From Octopus vulgaris (lineage: Eukaryota): 64,000 nucleotides of DNA. This document shows positions 38,883 to 52,086 of the stretch, piece after piece. Positions within the stretch are counted from its first letter, which is position 1. Each line of letters begins with the position of its first letter. The translations under genes and the position numbers were made by a program. A model generated the notes under the pieces. The model was given only the letters and a program-made list of their open reading frames with translations, made no database searches and had not been told where the DNA came from. The DNA is taken from the NCBI GenBank assembly GCA_951406725.2, contig OX597814.1, forward strand, positions 23,870,001 to 23,934,000, read 5' to 3'.

Positions 38883-41800
38883 ATAATCATTTAATTTATT
38901 TGATATTAATACACCTGGAACAAGCAAGCTTTGCTCTATAGTATTTTTTATAAATGAAAACATTTTGGTAACTGTATAACTGAATCATCTCCCTTTCAAT
39001 AGCAATAACAAAATTACATTGCTATATTTTGGAAGGGACATACTAAAACATTATAAATACCCTCTCTAGTTGTTGTTTACTTAAAAAAAAAACATATTCA
39101 ACAGTTGGTGAGTATTTTTATAGGTTTGAATATCTCTTTTCCAAAATATAACAATATTGTTTGCAACACATGGATTCAGATTAAAATTCATGCCAAAACA
39201 AGTTTTAAAACAATGTTAAGTAAAGCATTGTAGCTATCATTTTAGGCATAAAAATAAAATTCTGAGAACTATAACACATTTAGCTTTCATTTGTATATAC
39301 TTACCAATTTAATATTTGATATTTTATCTTTCAAAACTTGAATGTCAGATTCAAAAGTGAAGTTTTTTAGATTGATACTGAGATCAACGTGTAAAGCAGT
39401 CAGTAAGTTAAACATTACCCTATTATATTCTGCTATGCTTTAGTTATACTCTTAAATGTTCAAATTAGTGATAAGGATTTACAAGAAATGTATATTATCA
39501 AACTAACATTGAAGTAAGACAAAACAAATCATAACTGTGAACAAAAGTATTTCAATACTTAAGTAAATATTCAACTTTTTCCTTCAGTTTGAAGCAATCA
39601 AGTAAACGGTGTTAGACAAATAATATTATGATAATGAATATGTAGAATTGTGTGTTTCTGTAAGAATTCATTTAATTCAAATATCTTACAATTTTCTCAT
39701 TATAAACATAGGTTTTAGCAATTTGGGGGATGCAAATATGAGAAAATAACCTAATATGCATTTAATTACGGTTTGTTTGATATTTAATAAAAAGTTGTTT
39801 ACGGTAACTCTGTTTTCATTTCTAATGATTTAAATGTAAAATTCAAATTATATCAACAGCAGTTTATTAAATAATGATTATATGAGTGTACAAGGAAAGA
39901 AAGAAATTCTCTAAATCAATTCCAAAATCCTAGTGAAGTCAATAGAAAACAGTAATTGAATTTATTACTTCCCTGTTCATTACATGTTAAAATGAGATCA
40001 GAGCAATTTCATTATGTGCACATTTACCTTCATGAGTTAAGTGTGATTACAAAGAAATATTAAGTTTCAACAAAAATATACAAAATGATTCTATTATTTG
40101 ATTTCTTGTAAGAGATGTTTAATTCCCTGTAGTATTTCTTGAAATTCGTTAATTGTGTCTTGAATGTAAGCATGAGGTCGTGGTTAAGAAGTTTGCTTTG
40201 TAATCACAGCGAGTAATGGTTTGATCTCATTATATGGCACCTTGGACAAGTGCCTTCTACAATAGATTTAGAATATCTTATGAGTGAAATTTTGTTGACA
40301 GAAACTATGCAGAAGTCAGTCATCTCATCATTATCAATATTTTTATATCCATTTTTCTTCTGTGCTTGCATGAGTTGGATGGGTTTTCTATAACTTGCTG
40401 TCTCATCGCTTATGGCCATTTGTCATTTTCTTTTACAAGGGTCAGCCTCTTCTGAAATCATCTTTTACAGCATTTTGCTCGTTCTTCCTTTTCTATAGGT
40501 TCTTCCATCTTTGATTACAACTGTCAGCCTCCTAACATATCATATGTCTCTATATTTTTCAGATTTTTCACCAAAAAATAAATATAACCTTCAATGAATG
40601 TTACTATCTCGGTTTCTAACAGGTCCTTATTTTCTTGATCATTTATAGATAACACAAAACTAATTTATGAATGAAAACCTGTATCACAACTAGTGTGTTG
40701 CTGTTGTGCTTACCTTCTTCTTACACATAAAATTACAAAATTGCAATTGCTCTGAACTTAATGTTGTTTGAAAATAAGAAAAAAGAACAAATTTACATTA
40801 AAAATCAAATACCACTATGAATATTTAGATGAAACCTTTTAACAAGTTTCCATTAACAGTTTCTACGTTGTTCATTTGAATATTTAGTTTTGACTAAATA
40901 ACTTTTAAATGTGCTGCATCTTTTATAAACAGAGCAGATAGATACAAAATGAAACTGAAAGTAAATAAAAAATAAGTTCAGCTAGAAGCAAATTCACATC
41001 TCCTTTGTTGATATTTCACTGTATTTATCACTGTATCATAAGTCTTCTGACAATATTTAAATAGCATGTTAGCTCTTGTGTACATCATCACAGTCATCAT
41101 CACCATCGTCATCATCATTTTATGTCTGCTTTTCCATGATGACATGGGTCAGACAGCTTTATTGATGCTGTTTCATGCTGGGTGCCCTCCTTGCTACCAA
41201 ATCTTTTAGTTGCCTTTTACTACTGGGCTACACACTGTAGTAACACTGATATATTTCAATATTAATCCAGAAATAGTTATGAATTTTACACATATTTTTG
41301 TATACATTGATTTGATACTGCATTCAGTGCTATGCTTCTACAACACAGCAAATTTAAGCTAAATTCATTCAAGAATTTTAACAAATTCTTTCAAAAAATA
41401 ACCTTATGTAGTTTTCTGGTGGTCTTCACTTCACAGTTGAATTCTGATATCTTCTTTCTAGTTGTAAGTAGAGGAAGATTGAACAATAAATGTGTTTACA
41501 TTTGTTAAGTATTCGTGTAGATATAAAAGCAAATGTAAAAGTGAATATCAAGGGTAGGGTGAATTATATACCTTGCTTGGTCAAAACTTCCATAAAAAAT
41601 ACATGCCCATGTCATTGTCGTTAGAAATGAGGTAAAGAAATCAAATCTAATGTAACATATAACGCATATAAAATATATAATGTCAGATGCAAATGTTTGA
41701 TATATTGAGTATTATATATGAAAATGAAATATTTATGTTCTGCCAAAACTTGTCTCCAGTCTCCATATTTGCGAGCATATCATTTTGTAAACCATATGAG

Positions 41801-43007
41801 AATTGATGAATTTGTCATCACAAGCCATTCTTGTTTTTGATTTCCAAACCTTATAAAACCTTATTTCTCTACTTTCTGTTTTTACAAAGCAATAGAACAA
41901 ACACGTTCTGTATTCCTTACTGAAAGCTGATATAACAAAACTTTTAGGATCTGGGATTTGTGAAATGTGAATGCATGAATAGCATGGCAAATCTGCACTA
42001 AATTTAGATTACATCTAAGATCATGTGTATGATAGTATGGTGTTCATAGAAAACATTTCCATGCATAATGCATTACTGGATAACTGAACAAATGGTAGTC
42101 TAAAGCAATGTTTTAAAAAAATACTGCTCATGTCTATTTACCTGGCATTTATCTGGAATGGAGATCAAATATTTCATAATGGCCTTATAAAGTCCATTGA
42201 CTTGTTATTTACTTTTAATTTGCAAGTGCCAGGTAAGACTTGTGAGGGCACAAGGCTGTTCCTGTTAAAGGCAATGCTATAAGCATCTTCGGTTACTTCC
42301 ATTGACAAATTGAAAAGAGAAAGAAAATCTAAAGATAGTCTAACAGGAAATAGAAAATAAACTTATCACCTGATCATCTGTGTCCCAAAAAATCAATTTT
42401 AGTATATTGTAAATATTTACTCTGTATATTACAAAAAAAGTTAGGATGTTTTTGCTGACATATCCTGGACACCAAAATATATACATACACATATTACTAA
42501 TTTGTATAATTTCAAATATAAAATTCATATAAGATAACATCTGTTCATCTATGTGTTCTTTTTTACTGTGATGTAGTTACCAAGTTCTTTCTATAGATCT
42601 TGCAAATTCATATAAATTTGATTGTGAGCAGAATTCAGTAGTTATTGTGCAAAGGTGAAAAAAAACCTGCTAATAGAAACTGTTATCAATGAGAAAAGGA
42701 TTGATTAAATAAAAGTAGGGAGAAGCTGTACAATAAAAGTTGGCAGAAACATATTAAGAGAAAGAGGAGTAAGCAAATATAAATTACAATTGCACTGAAT
42801 TTTCATTGCTAAGAAGGTTAATCTAATACAGTATCTATTATCATTTACTTAATGTGTTTACAATTCTTTTCTTGTTGTTTAAGGTGTAGTTGTAATTCAT
42901 TTGAATGAAATTATATAAAAAGTTATTTAAAATAACTGAAAATAATGTTGTCAGTGGTGCATAGCAACTCTCTAACTCTATCTCCATGTTATAGAGATTT
43001 TCTGAAG

Positions 43008-43037
<30 letters not shown>

Positions 43038-43041
<4 letters not shown>

Positions 43042-43390
43042 TAAAAAATGGAGTTAACGCAGGTTTAAACAAGTATTTTTACTTTCTACATATGTTTCGA
43101 AAATTCCACTGATACTATTCAAAAGAATAAAAGGTATAAACAATGCAATCTTCTCTTCGGGAAAGTGAAAAAACGAAACTCGTCAATACGACATTTTAGC
43201 AAAAAATGATGGATTCGTATAGCGATAGACAGAACGCTATTAATATTGTTTAAAAAAACGTTATATGATATAACGTCATAAGTAGCTAACAGAAAGAGTA
43301 GGGATATTAATAGTGAATGTTAAATATAAAGGAAATTAAAGTTTAAACTATATATAATGATAGAGACTACTTATATGCACTAAAATATAT
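43038..43390 (-). mobile_element. Probable Penelope-like terminal-repeat fragment next to (TA)n
   Basis: Contains a PLE-type hammerhead fold; 3' end abuts (TA)n at 43012-43038; CpG-rich relative to flanks. Confidence 0.55.
43081..43166 (-). ncRNA. Type-I hammerhead fold with CCGAAGA core and long stem II
   Basis: Minus strand: actttc-CCGAAGA-gaagattgcattg...cagtggaattttc-GAAA-catatg-TA-gaaagt. Confidence 0.7.
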
Positions 43391-43392
43391 TT

Positions 43393-43700
43393 GAGTCTGA
43401 GACCCCCTTCGGTCATGACACTGACCATGGGATTGCACCTAGAAAATTACCCTCCCAGGCACAAGTCCAGGTAAAGTTGTTTATGGAAGACCAGTAGTCA
43501 TTAATGCATACCAGCCTCCCCTCTCCATGCCACCAGTGTTATCCAAGGGAAAGGCAAGGGCCGATACAGCTTGGCACCTGTGACGTCGCAACTCATTTCT
43601 ACAGCTGAGTGAACTGGAGCAACACGAAATAAAGTGTCTTGCTCAAGAACACAACCTCACGATCGTAAGCCCGACGCTCTAACCACTAAGCCATGTGCCT
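43393..43700 (-). mobile_element. tRNA-derived SINE (CORE-like body, distinct tail)
   Basis: Head ggcacatggcttagtggttagagcg; body gttgtgttcttgagcaagacacttta...ctccagttcactcagctg. Confidence 0.8.
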
Positions 43701-44620
43701 ATATATATATATATATATACATACACAACAGTTTATGTCTACTAAATTCACTCACAAACTATTAATCTCCTTAGGTTACATAAGAAGACATTTGCCCAAG
43801 ATGCTGCACTGTGGAACTGAACCCAAAGCTATGTGATTGCAAAGTGCACTTCTTAACTGCACTGTTATGCTTGTGCCTACATATTTATTGGTGTAAGTGA
43901 AGAGAATCAAAATCACCTTGGAGTCATCTGTCATAGATAGCTCTTCTTGTACTCTGCTGAGAGTGGATGAAAATAATACTCAAATTTCACTTCATATTTT
44001 TGCAGAAAGCAATTTGATGCTTAAAAGTGTCCTTCTGCTTTGAATACAAAATTAAAATTTTCTTCTTGTTTTTTAAAAATATGGGGATATTGTATAACTT
44101 GTCAAATACTGCTTGTCCATGAAAACTTACCTTGTTTTAAAGAAAGTCTATATTTTTGTTTAGAAGTGTGGCAAGTTTATAATTAGTATTTCATGGAGAA
44201 GGCTGTCAAGGTTTACTGAAATTAATAATACACTACAGCCTAATTGCATGAGTAGTGGTGCATAAAGATTAAGCTGCAGAATAAGTGGAAGTAGTTTAGA
44301 GCTTTGCTTTAAGGACAAATACCAATGTTTTCAGGTGGGTGATTATTTCACTCAATCTAGTTTATTTTATACATCATCTAAGAAATCTGTACTGGAATAT
44401 CATATTAACAAGGACAAAGCATATTCACAAGCTGATGATGAGATAAATATGATCTACTAGATTTCAAATAAAACCTTTGTGGTATAATAATATAGTTATA
44501 CTAAAGGTCATTGCTGTGTCTACACAACATTGACAGTACCAACGTTGCTGAATTATTTCCAAGTGAAGCTTTGTAAAAAGGAGAAAGTCAATTTTATAGA
44601 GTTTGGCATATTGCTATAAC

Positions 44621-44655
<35 letters not shown>

Positions 44656-45134
44656 GGGATTTCAAGGACAGAAAAGCAAAATTAACTTCAGAAAGATCCC
44701 TATGTTGAATAATGCATTTAAAGCTTGGCTAAAATTGGACAGAATATATAGATAGTTTAAGGATTTTAAAGAAATATGGTTAGATCAGGAATCAGGATTT
44801 GAAAATGTGTGTTTTACAAATAAAATTAGAATGAATGGGAAGAAAATAAAATAGATCATCTCATTTATTCTGTCAGAAACAATCAGATGTTAAAATGTCA
44901 ATGTTAATAAACAGAAATAGGCATAGTTCCTTTTCAGCTGGAAAGACAATTTATAGAATAAAGATTTGTGTATGTAGGAAGTAAAATCTGGAACAATATT
45001 CCTGTACTGAAATTTATTTCTTCACATATATATCTTTGTCTGTTCTTTCACTTTAAATTCTCTACAATGTTTAAAGATTTTTGCCGTGAAATGTTGAAGT
45101 TACATTAACAGAACTGAAATTTTAATATGACACC

Positions 45135-45529
45135 CCTGGACTGGAGATACGTAAAAAGCACTATCCGAATCATCGTCGATGGCAGCGCCGCCTCAACTGG
45201 CTTCCATGTCAGTGGCACGTAAAAAGCACCATCCGAATCATGGCTGAAGCCAGTGCCGCCTCGACTGGCTTCCGTGCAGGTGGCACATAAAATGCACCAA
45301 TCCGACCGTGGCCGATGCCAGCCTCGCCTGGCTACAGTGCAGGTGGCACATAAAAAGCACCCACTACACTCATGGAGTGGTTGGCGATAGGAAGGGCATC
45401 CAGCTGTAGAAACATTGCCAGATAAGACCGGAGCCTGGTGCAGCCTTCTTGCTTCCCAGATCCCCGGTCGAACCGTCCAACCCATGCTAGCATGGAGAAC
45501 GGACGTTAAACGATGATGATGATGATGAT
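45135..45529 (+). mobile_element. Young RTE LINE 3' UTR fragment
   Basis: Tandem gtggcacgtaaaaagcacc units, RTE tail, (GAT)n; CpGs retained. Confidence 0.9.
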
Positions 45530-45539
45530 TAAGAATCTT

Positions 45540-46010
45540 GTAATCAGGATCAAAATATACTTCATCACCAGACAATGACTGTCCACCTACAATGGAGTGT
45601 TGCATGCATCTGAGGCAGTGCTGCTTCACATACACAGACATCTGGGCTTCATAGTAAAAGTAAGCAACCTAACTGATTGGCATAAAGTAGCTTGTTAACA
45701 CTCCAATCTCTATTTCACAGATTTACTGTCTCTACATTCAGCCTTTTCTATCACTACTATAGTGATCTCTGTTCCTTGGTGGCGACTGATCTCTGAAGCA
45801 GTCCAAATTTACTTAACTCTCACGATCTTATCCCAATACTCTCCTTAACCACTCAAGCAGCATCATGATAGTGAAGTCTTCTTTCCAAGAGTGACTATAT
45901 ATTCTCCTTCCCATATTTTCTGCCCAGCCATCAACTTGAAACCAATCAAATGGAATATTCACCATCAATCACATCAATCCCACCAGCCTCAGATGGACTC
46001 CGAAACTAAG
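45540..46010 (+). mobile_element. Old CR1-group LINE C-terminal relic
   Basis: Residual LFYHYYSDLCS and FFPRV-like peptides resemble CR1/Zenon-type RT C-termini; heavily decayed. Confidence 0.4.
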
Positions 46011-46084
46011 AAATGCGGCTTTTTCTTCCAAATCATATGATTAATAAGAAGAAACTTGTCCTGGTTTTGTTTTATGTTACAAAT

Positions 46085-46463
46085 ATTCTCTTGAAAAACG
46101 CCGCCGCCGTGGTGATCTCATTCTCGCCCACAACATCATAAGCGGAAAGTGTAACCTCTCGAAAGAGCTGTTCTTCACTCCTGCTCCAGAGCGTCGGCTG
46201 CGGGGTCATTCCGAAAAGCTCTACCTGCGACGATTTCATCTCAATCGAAGGAGAGGAGCTTTCTCCATCCGGGTTGCGGATCCGTGGAACAAGCTGCCAG
46301 ACGAGATGGTGAAGATGCCGATGACCGCTTTGTTCAAAGCCTCCCTTGACCTCAAGTGGCCTGAACTCTTTACATGAACACCACCCTGTATTTAACTCCA
46401 TGTCCCCCTACATGGCCTTGCTATTTGCTTTTGAGCCAAATTAACTAACTAACTAACTAACTA
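46085..46463 (+). mobile_element. Young 5'-truncated CR1 LINE
   Basis: Uninterrupted frame 46087-46377: SLEKRRRRGDLI...RLRGHSEKL...FSIRVADPWNKLP...FKASLD*; short 3' UTR; (TAAC)n tail. Confidence 0.92.
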
Positions 46464-46724
46464 AAACATTTGATAAGTTTGTTCTGCCATAGCATCAAGT
46501 TTACTAACACTTTGTGAGTGAAATATAAAACATGAAAACTACACAGCAGCCTATCATACATGTATGGGTGCATGCATGTATATATATGCCTACATACATA
46601 CATCTATGTAGAATATATTTATATATATACATTCACATACACACCCACCCACACAAACACACACACACACACACGCACATACATATACATACATACATAT
46701 ATATATATGTGTGTGTGTGTGTGT

Positions 46725-48572
46725 AAAGGTGATGCTCTTGATAGAAATAACTACAGGGGTAGCAAGCAGCTGGGATCAGGTGATAAAGGTCATGGAGAGG
46801 TTCATAGTCCAACTAATTAGGGAGAGAGTCTACTTAGATGAGATACAATTTGGTTTTGTGCCAGGTAGAAGCATCATTGATGCTATATTCCTGGTAAGGC
46901 AACTGCAGGAGAAATACCTAGCCAAAGATAAACCCCTATACTTGGTTTTGACAGGGACCCCAATCCCTTATCTGGTGGGTGATGCAGAAACTAGGGATAG
47001 ATGAGTGGCTAATAAGAGCTGTACCAGCCCTGTACATGGATGTCATCAGTAAGGAAAGGGTCAGCAATGAGTATAGTGAAGAATTCCGGGTAGAAGTAAG
47101 GGTCCACCAAGGATCAGCCCCCCTCTAATTCATCATGGTCCTCTAGACAATAACAGAGGGATTCAAGACAGGCTGCCCCTTGGAGCTCCTCTATGCTGAT
47201 GACCTTGCACTTATAGTGGAATCACTGCCAGAACTAGAGAAGAAATTTCTGGTGTGGAAGTAAGATTTAGAATCAAAGGGCCTTAGAGACAATGTTGAAA
47301 AACCCTAAGTTCTAGTAAGTAGGAAGGTGAACAAATAACAAACCCCTTCAGGTAGATGGCCCTGCTTGATCTGAAGAAAAGGTGTAGGTAGAAACTCTAT
47401 AAGATGTATGCATAAGAGGTGTAGCATCATCAAAGGAAGGTTAACCAGAATGATAGCCCTAGTGTGCGAGATATGCACAGAGGCAATAAACACCACAGAT
47501 ACTCAGAAAACAGATTCCATCCTATGCCAAGGGGAGAAACTAGAAATTGTTGATGGCTTCCACTATCTAGGTGACAAAGTCTGTAGTGAGGGTGGATGCT
47601 CAGAGAGCATTGCCAGCAGAATAAGAATAGCCTGAGCAAAGTTCAGAAAGCTTCTACCTCTATTGGTGACAAAGGGCCTCTCGCTCAGAGCAAAAGGTAT
47701 GATGCATGTGTGTGAACTGCCATGCTACACGGCAGTGAGATGTGGGCCGTAACTGCTGCAGACATGTATAGGATTGAAAGAAATGAAGCTAGTATGATCT
47801 GATGGATGTGTAATGTCAGTGTGCACACACAATAGAATTTAAGCAACCTGAGAGAAATGTTGGACACAAGAAGCATCAGATGTGGTGTGCAAGAGAGATG
47901 ACTGCGCTGGTATGGTCATGTGCTGTGTATGGATGAGGAGATCTGTGTGAAGAAATGCTACTCCCTAACAGTGGAAGGATTCCATGGAAGAGGGAGACCC
48001 AGGAAGACATGGGATGAGGTGGTGAAGCATGACCTTCAAACGCTGGGCCTCACAGAGGTGATGACAAGATACTAAGACCTCTGAAGATACGGTGTGATTG
48101 AAAAGACCCAGGAAGTAAAGTGAGATCACAACTATAGCCTATACTAGTGTCGCCATAACCAGCCTATTTAAAAAGTACCTTTGAATCACTTGGTAACACG
48201 CTGTGCTTAAGGAGACCTATTGAATCAAGTAAAATCAAAAATCAAAAATCAAATCACAATCAAAAATAGAAATTGTAGTTGCGGCCAATGGCAGTGCCAC
48301 CTGACTGGCTCCTGTGCTGATAGCACATAAAAAGCACCATCCAAACATGGCTGATGCCAATGCCACCTGACTGGCTCACATGCTGGTGGCACGTAAAATG
48401 TACCCACTGCACTCTTGGAGTGGTTGGCATTAGGAAGGGCATCCAGCTGTAGAAACATTGCCAGATCAGATTGGAGCCTGGTGCAGTCTCCTGGCTTGCC
48501 AGTCCCCAGTCAAACCGTCCAACCCATGCCAGGATGGAAAATGGACATTAAATGATGATGACGATGATGATG
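46725..48572 (+). mobile_element. 5'-truncated RTE LINE (degenerate reverse transcriptase plus 3' UTR)
   Basis: KGDALDRNNYRG, QFGFVPGRSIIDAIFLVRQLQEKY, VHQGS, ELLYADDL, FHYLG and LRWYGHV motifs with stops and frameshifts; (GAT)n tail. Confidence 0.95.
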
Positions 48573-48604
48573 TTGGTGACATCTATATTTTATATATATA
48601 TATA

Positions 48605-48653
<49 letters not shown>

Positions 48654-48681
48654 ATATATATGTATATATATATATATATAT

Positions 48682-48716
<35 letters not shown>

Positions 48717-50651
48717 AACATACACATATATATATATTGCGAATGTTTATGTTCATGTGTGTAAATTGGGTGTGGGTAATAGATTAAAGCTTCATATTTA
48801 TTCCATGCAGGTTATATCTCTTTCATTTGAGGCTGCAATCATTAGGTAAATAGAGATCGATAAAATAGCAATAGACAAGTACTGAGATTGATAGAACTGA
48901 CTGGTTCGTGTTTATGACATGAAACCACTTTCAAAGAATTTTTTGCGTTATACAATATTATAGATATTATAAATGACATACTGTCATTAGTATAAAGTGC
49001 ACAAGCTCTTTGTTTATGATGCTGAAATAGCTTATGCACTTTGATGACAAAGAGGACTCTGAATAATGTGAGTTTTTAATTTATTTAGGAACATTTTGAA
49101 TGTAGAAACTTTGAGTGCTAAATTTTGGCTCAAGCAATTTGAATATTTATTCTCAGATAAGGACCAATTTTGAAAATAGTTTTTGGTTCATTGACAAGGA
49201 CTCAAATTTCTACAAGCATATTACAGTCAAGAATAAAATAGAATCATCTTTAAAGTACTTATAATCAAAAGCACAACTTTCAGTATTCTCTCTTCAAGAC
49301 TGTTAAAATTTAAGGCCATGTTTTATGGAAATCAGATTCTTGTAGAAAATTGGTTAAGGAATGCCGCTAGAGTGTTTTCAATTTTTTAAAGAAATTTATG
49401 AAGATGTAAATAGTAGGCTTTTTTTCAATACTAAAGATGAAGAGGATATATACATATATAAATTCCATATTCCTCATTTAAAATCCATACTCTTAGTTAG
49501 CATGGATTGGATGGATCAACAAGATCTGATAAGCCTAAGGACTGCACTGTGTGTCAGTGTTTGTTTTGGTATGGTTTCTACAGTTAGGTGCCTTTCCTAA
49601 TGCCAATCCCTTTACGGCATGTACTGGGTGCTTTTTCATGCCCTTGTACCAGTGAGGTCATCATGCAGTTTGCAAGACAATAAAACCCAAATGCTAGAAA
49701 GGTGAGCAGTAGAGAGGGGGTAAAATACAGAAGAAAAGGCCTGGAGCAGAACAGCTTTCTTGCTTTAGAGGAGCTGCATGACTGTGATCAGGTAAGGAAA
49801 ATAAAATCACAGAATTCCATCAATTATCAGTGTGTTTGCATAAATTGTATAAGTAAAATAACAAGCTAGCAAGACAGGAACATGATCTATCTAAACTGAA
49901 ATTGATTATGAAGGTAAATTGTTGAATTGAAAACAAGCAAACAATTTGAGAATCAACTTCATAAATATTGGAAGAACATTAAATTTGAAATGCCCTTTAA
50001 AAATGCAGAGAAGTTTCGTTATATATGAGTCAATTTTAAAAGCTTTGTTTATCATCCATAAAATCTGCATTATGGTATTTTTTTATAATTTAATTGAACA
50101 TTCTTCGATAATATGACAAGCTATTTCTTTTAGAAAGCTGGCATATTACTTGGCTTGAAAAATAACAGTTTTACCAAAGCTGTAACGTTTTATTTTTCTG
50201 TTTATTTTTTTTCTTCCTGCAATTTGAATATTTTCAGAACTGAGAAATTATATCCAAGCATTTATCTTTGTATTTAAGAACATATAAATTTCTAAGAGGA
50301 TCTAATAATTTTTTAAAAGATAAATGGTATTTCCTATGTGAAAGCTATTTTGAAATTGCATTTTCTTTCTTTTTTTTAATGAAGCAATAGCATTAAATTT
50401 CACTTCACTTGAATAATAGGACTGTGCAAGAAAAGAATAATATAACCTGTAGTGAGTAATTTTAATGGCTCTGCTAGAAACTGCAGTATGAATATATTAG
50501 TATTCATGGAGACAATGGTATATCACAAATAATATGATGGTACAACTTTGGAATTTTGACACTCTTTTATCTTGGGTTTTTCCATATACATTACCAACCA
50601 AGATTTAGAGTCAAAACTAAAATTTTTTTTACCTGGCAGTCAAGTATATTA

Positions 50652-50880
50652 CTCCTTTCTCTTTTACACTTGTTTCAGTAAGTTGACAGTGCTCATGCTG
50701 GAGCACCGCCTTTAGTCGAGCAAATCGACCCCAGGACTTATTTTTTTGTAAGCCTAGTACTTATTCTATCGATCTCTTTGTCAAATCGCTAAGTTACAGG
50801 GACATAAACACACCAGCATCGGTTGTCAAGCGATGTTGGGGGAACAAACATATACACACAAATACATATATATATATATA

Positions 50881-50939
<59 letters not shown>

Positions 50940-51100
50940 GGGCTTCCTTCATTTTCCGTCTACCAAATCCATTCACAAGGCTTTGGTCAGCCCAAGGCTA
51001 TAGTAGAAGACACTTGTCCAAGGTGCCATGCAGTGGGACTGAACCCAGAACCATGTGGTTCGTAAGCAAGCTACTTACCACACAGCCACTCCTATGCCTA
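50652..51100 (-). mobile_element. Full-length SINE family A
   Basis: Matches 19789-20262. Confidence 0.92.
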
Positions 51101-51715
51101 TATATTCTAGATTTGTTATTAGTATTAATGGGTTTCTTAAGGATGTAACCATTTTGTGATAAAAGAATAAAAACTATGGAATAGTCCTTGAAATTTATTA
51201 AATAAAAAGTATGAATGGGCAAATAAGGAAGTAATGTTCTAGCACCATTAGTTATTTATCATGATCAGGAGTCAGATGGCAGAGTGTCATATCAAATAAA
51301 TTAAAAACTTGCGAGACTGGCCTGTACTTTAAGCCCAGTACTCAACACAGTGGAGATTATAGAACTAGTAAATAGTAAAGGCTATATAACCTAATATTAG
51401 CTGAAGAGGGATTTTGCAGCAAGACTGTTGATAGAAAATCAATATTGTATTGTGTAATAGTTTGTTTAGATAATTGGTTATAAACAATTTAGTGGGATTA
51501 CTGATTTCTAGTATGTAACTGATATACTTAAGTAGCTAGTAGTAGGTGCAGGTAGCAACTGTTGCAGTGACTCTGATATTTGAAGTAAAAGGTTTTTACA
51601 TATAGTTAACAAGTGAAGGTATCTCTAGGATGTTAAAAAAATGGAAAGAATTGTGAAGAATTATCACTTCTGATAGTAAGCAAGTTTTCTTTCATCATAC
51701 AAAAGGTTGCCCTTA

Positions 51716-52086
51716 TCTATTATATAAAATCCATTCTGTCTGTGTGTGTGTGTGTGTGTCTTCTAGGATCTCGGGCATCCTCCATCCGATTGCACTCAAA
51801 TTCGATATGTAGATACCAACGGTATCAGGGCGTGTAGAATTCTTGAAAATATTACAAAAATCAATTCCAGGTGAGAATGCGATCGATAAAGCCGTGGGAA
51901 TGTGCATTTGTACACACAAGTACATCAGTCAAAATCCATATTTTGCTGGTGTCTCAAGTTTAGGTTAAATCAGTGTTTAAAAGGGGAGGCCCATGGGGCA
52001 GTCGGACAAGTTGTTTTGAGAAAATCCAGTTTAAATGTTTGACATCTCAGCACCGTCCATTGGACGGGGGAGGCATGTTTTGCTCG
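51716..52086 (+). mobile_element. Non-autonomous Helitron
   Basis: A|TC 5' end (tctattatataaaat), (tg)n, subterminal hairpin ccgtccattggacgg, CTCG|T 3' end (CTAG variant), no TSD. Confidence 0.7.

Noticed and set aside
41733-41990. 85-aa minus-strand ORF (also 52972-53235 and 36742-37041) as host exons
   Set aside because: No recognisable domain and no consistent acceptor/donor pair around an open frame.
46072-46401. 109-aa minus-strand ORF
   Set aside because: It is the antisense shadow of the plus-strand CR1 ORF2 end.
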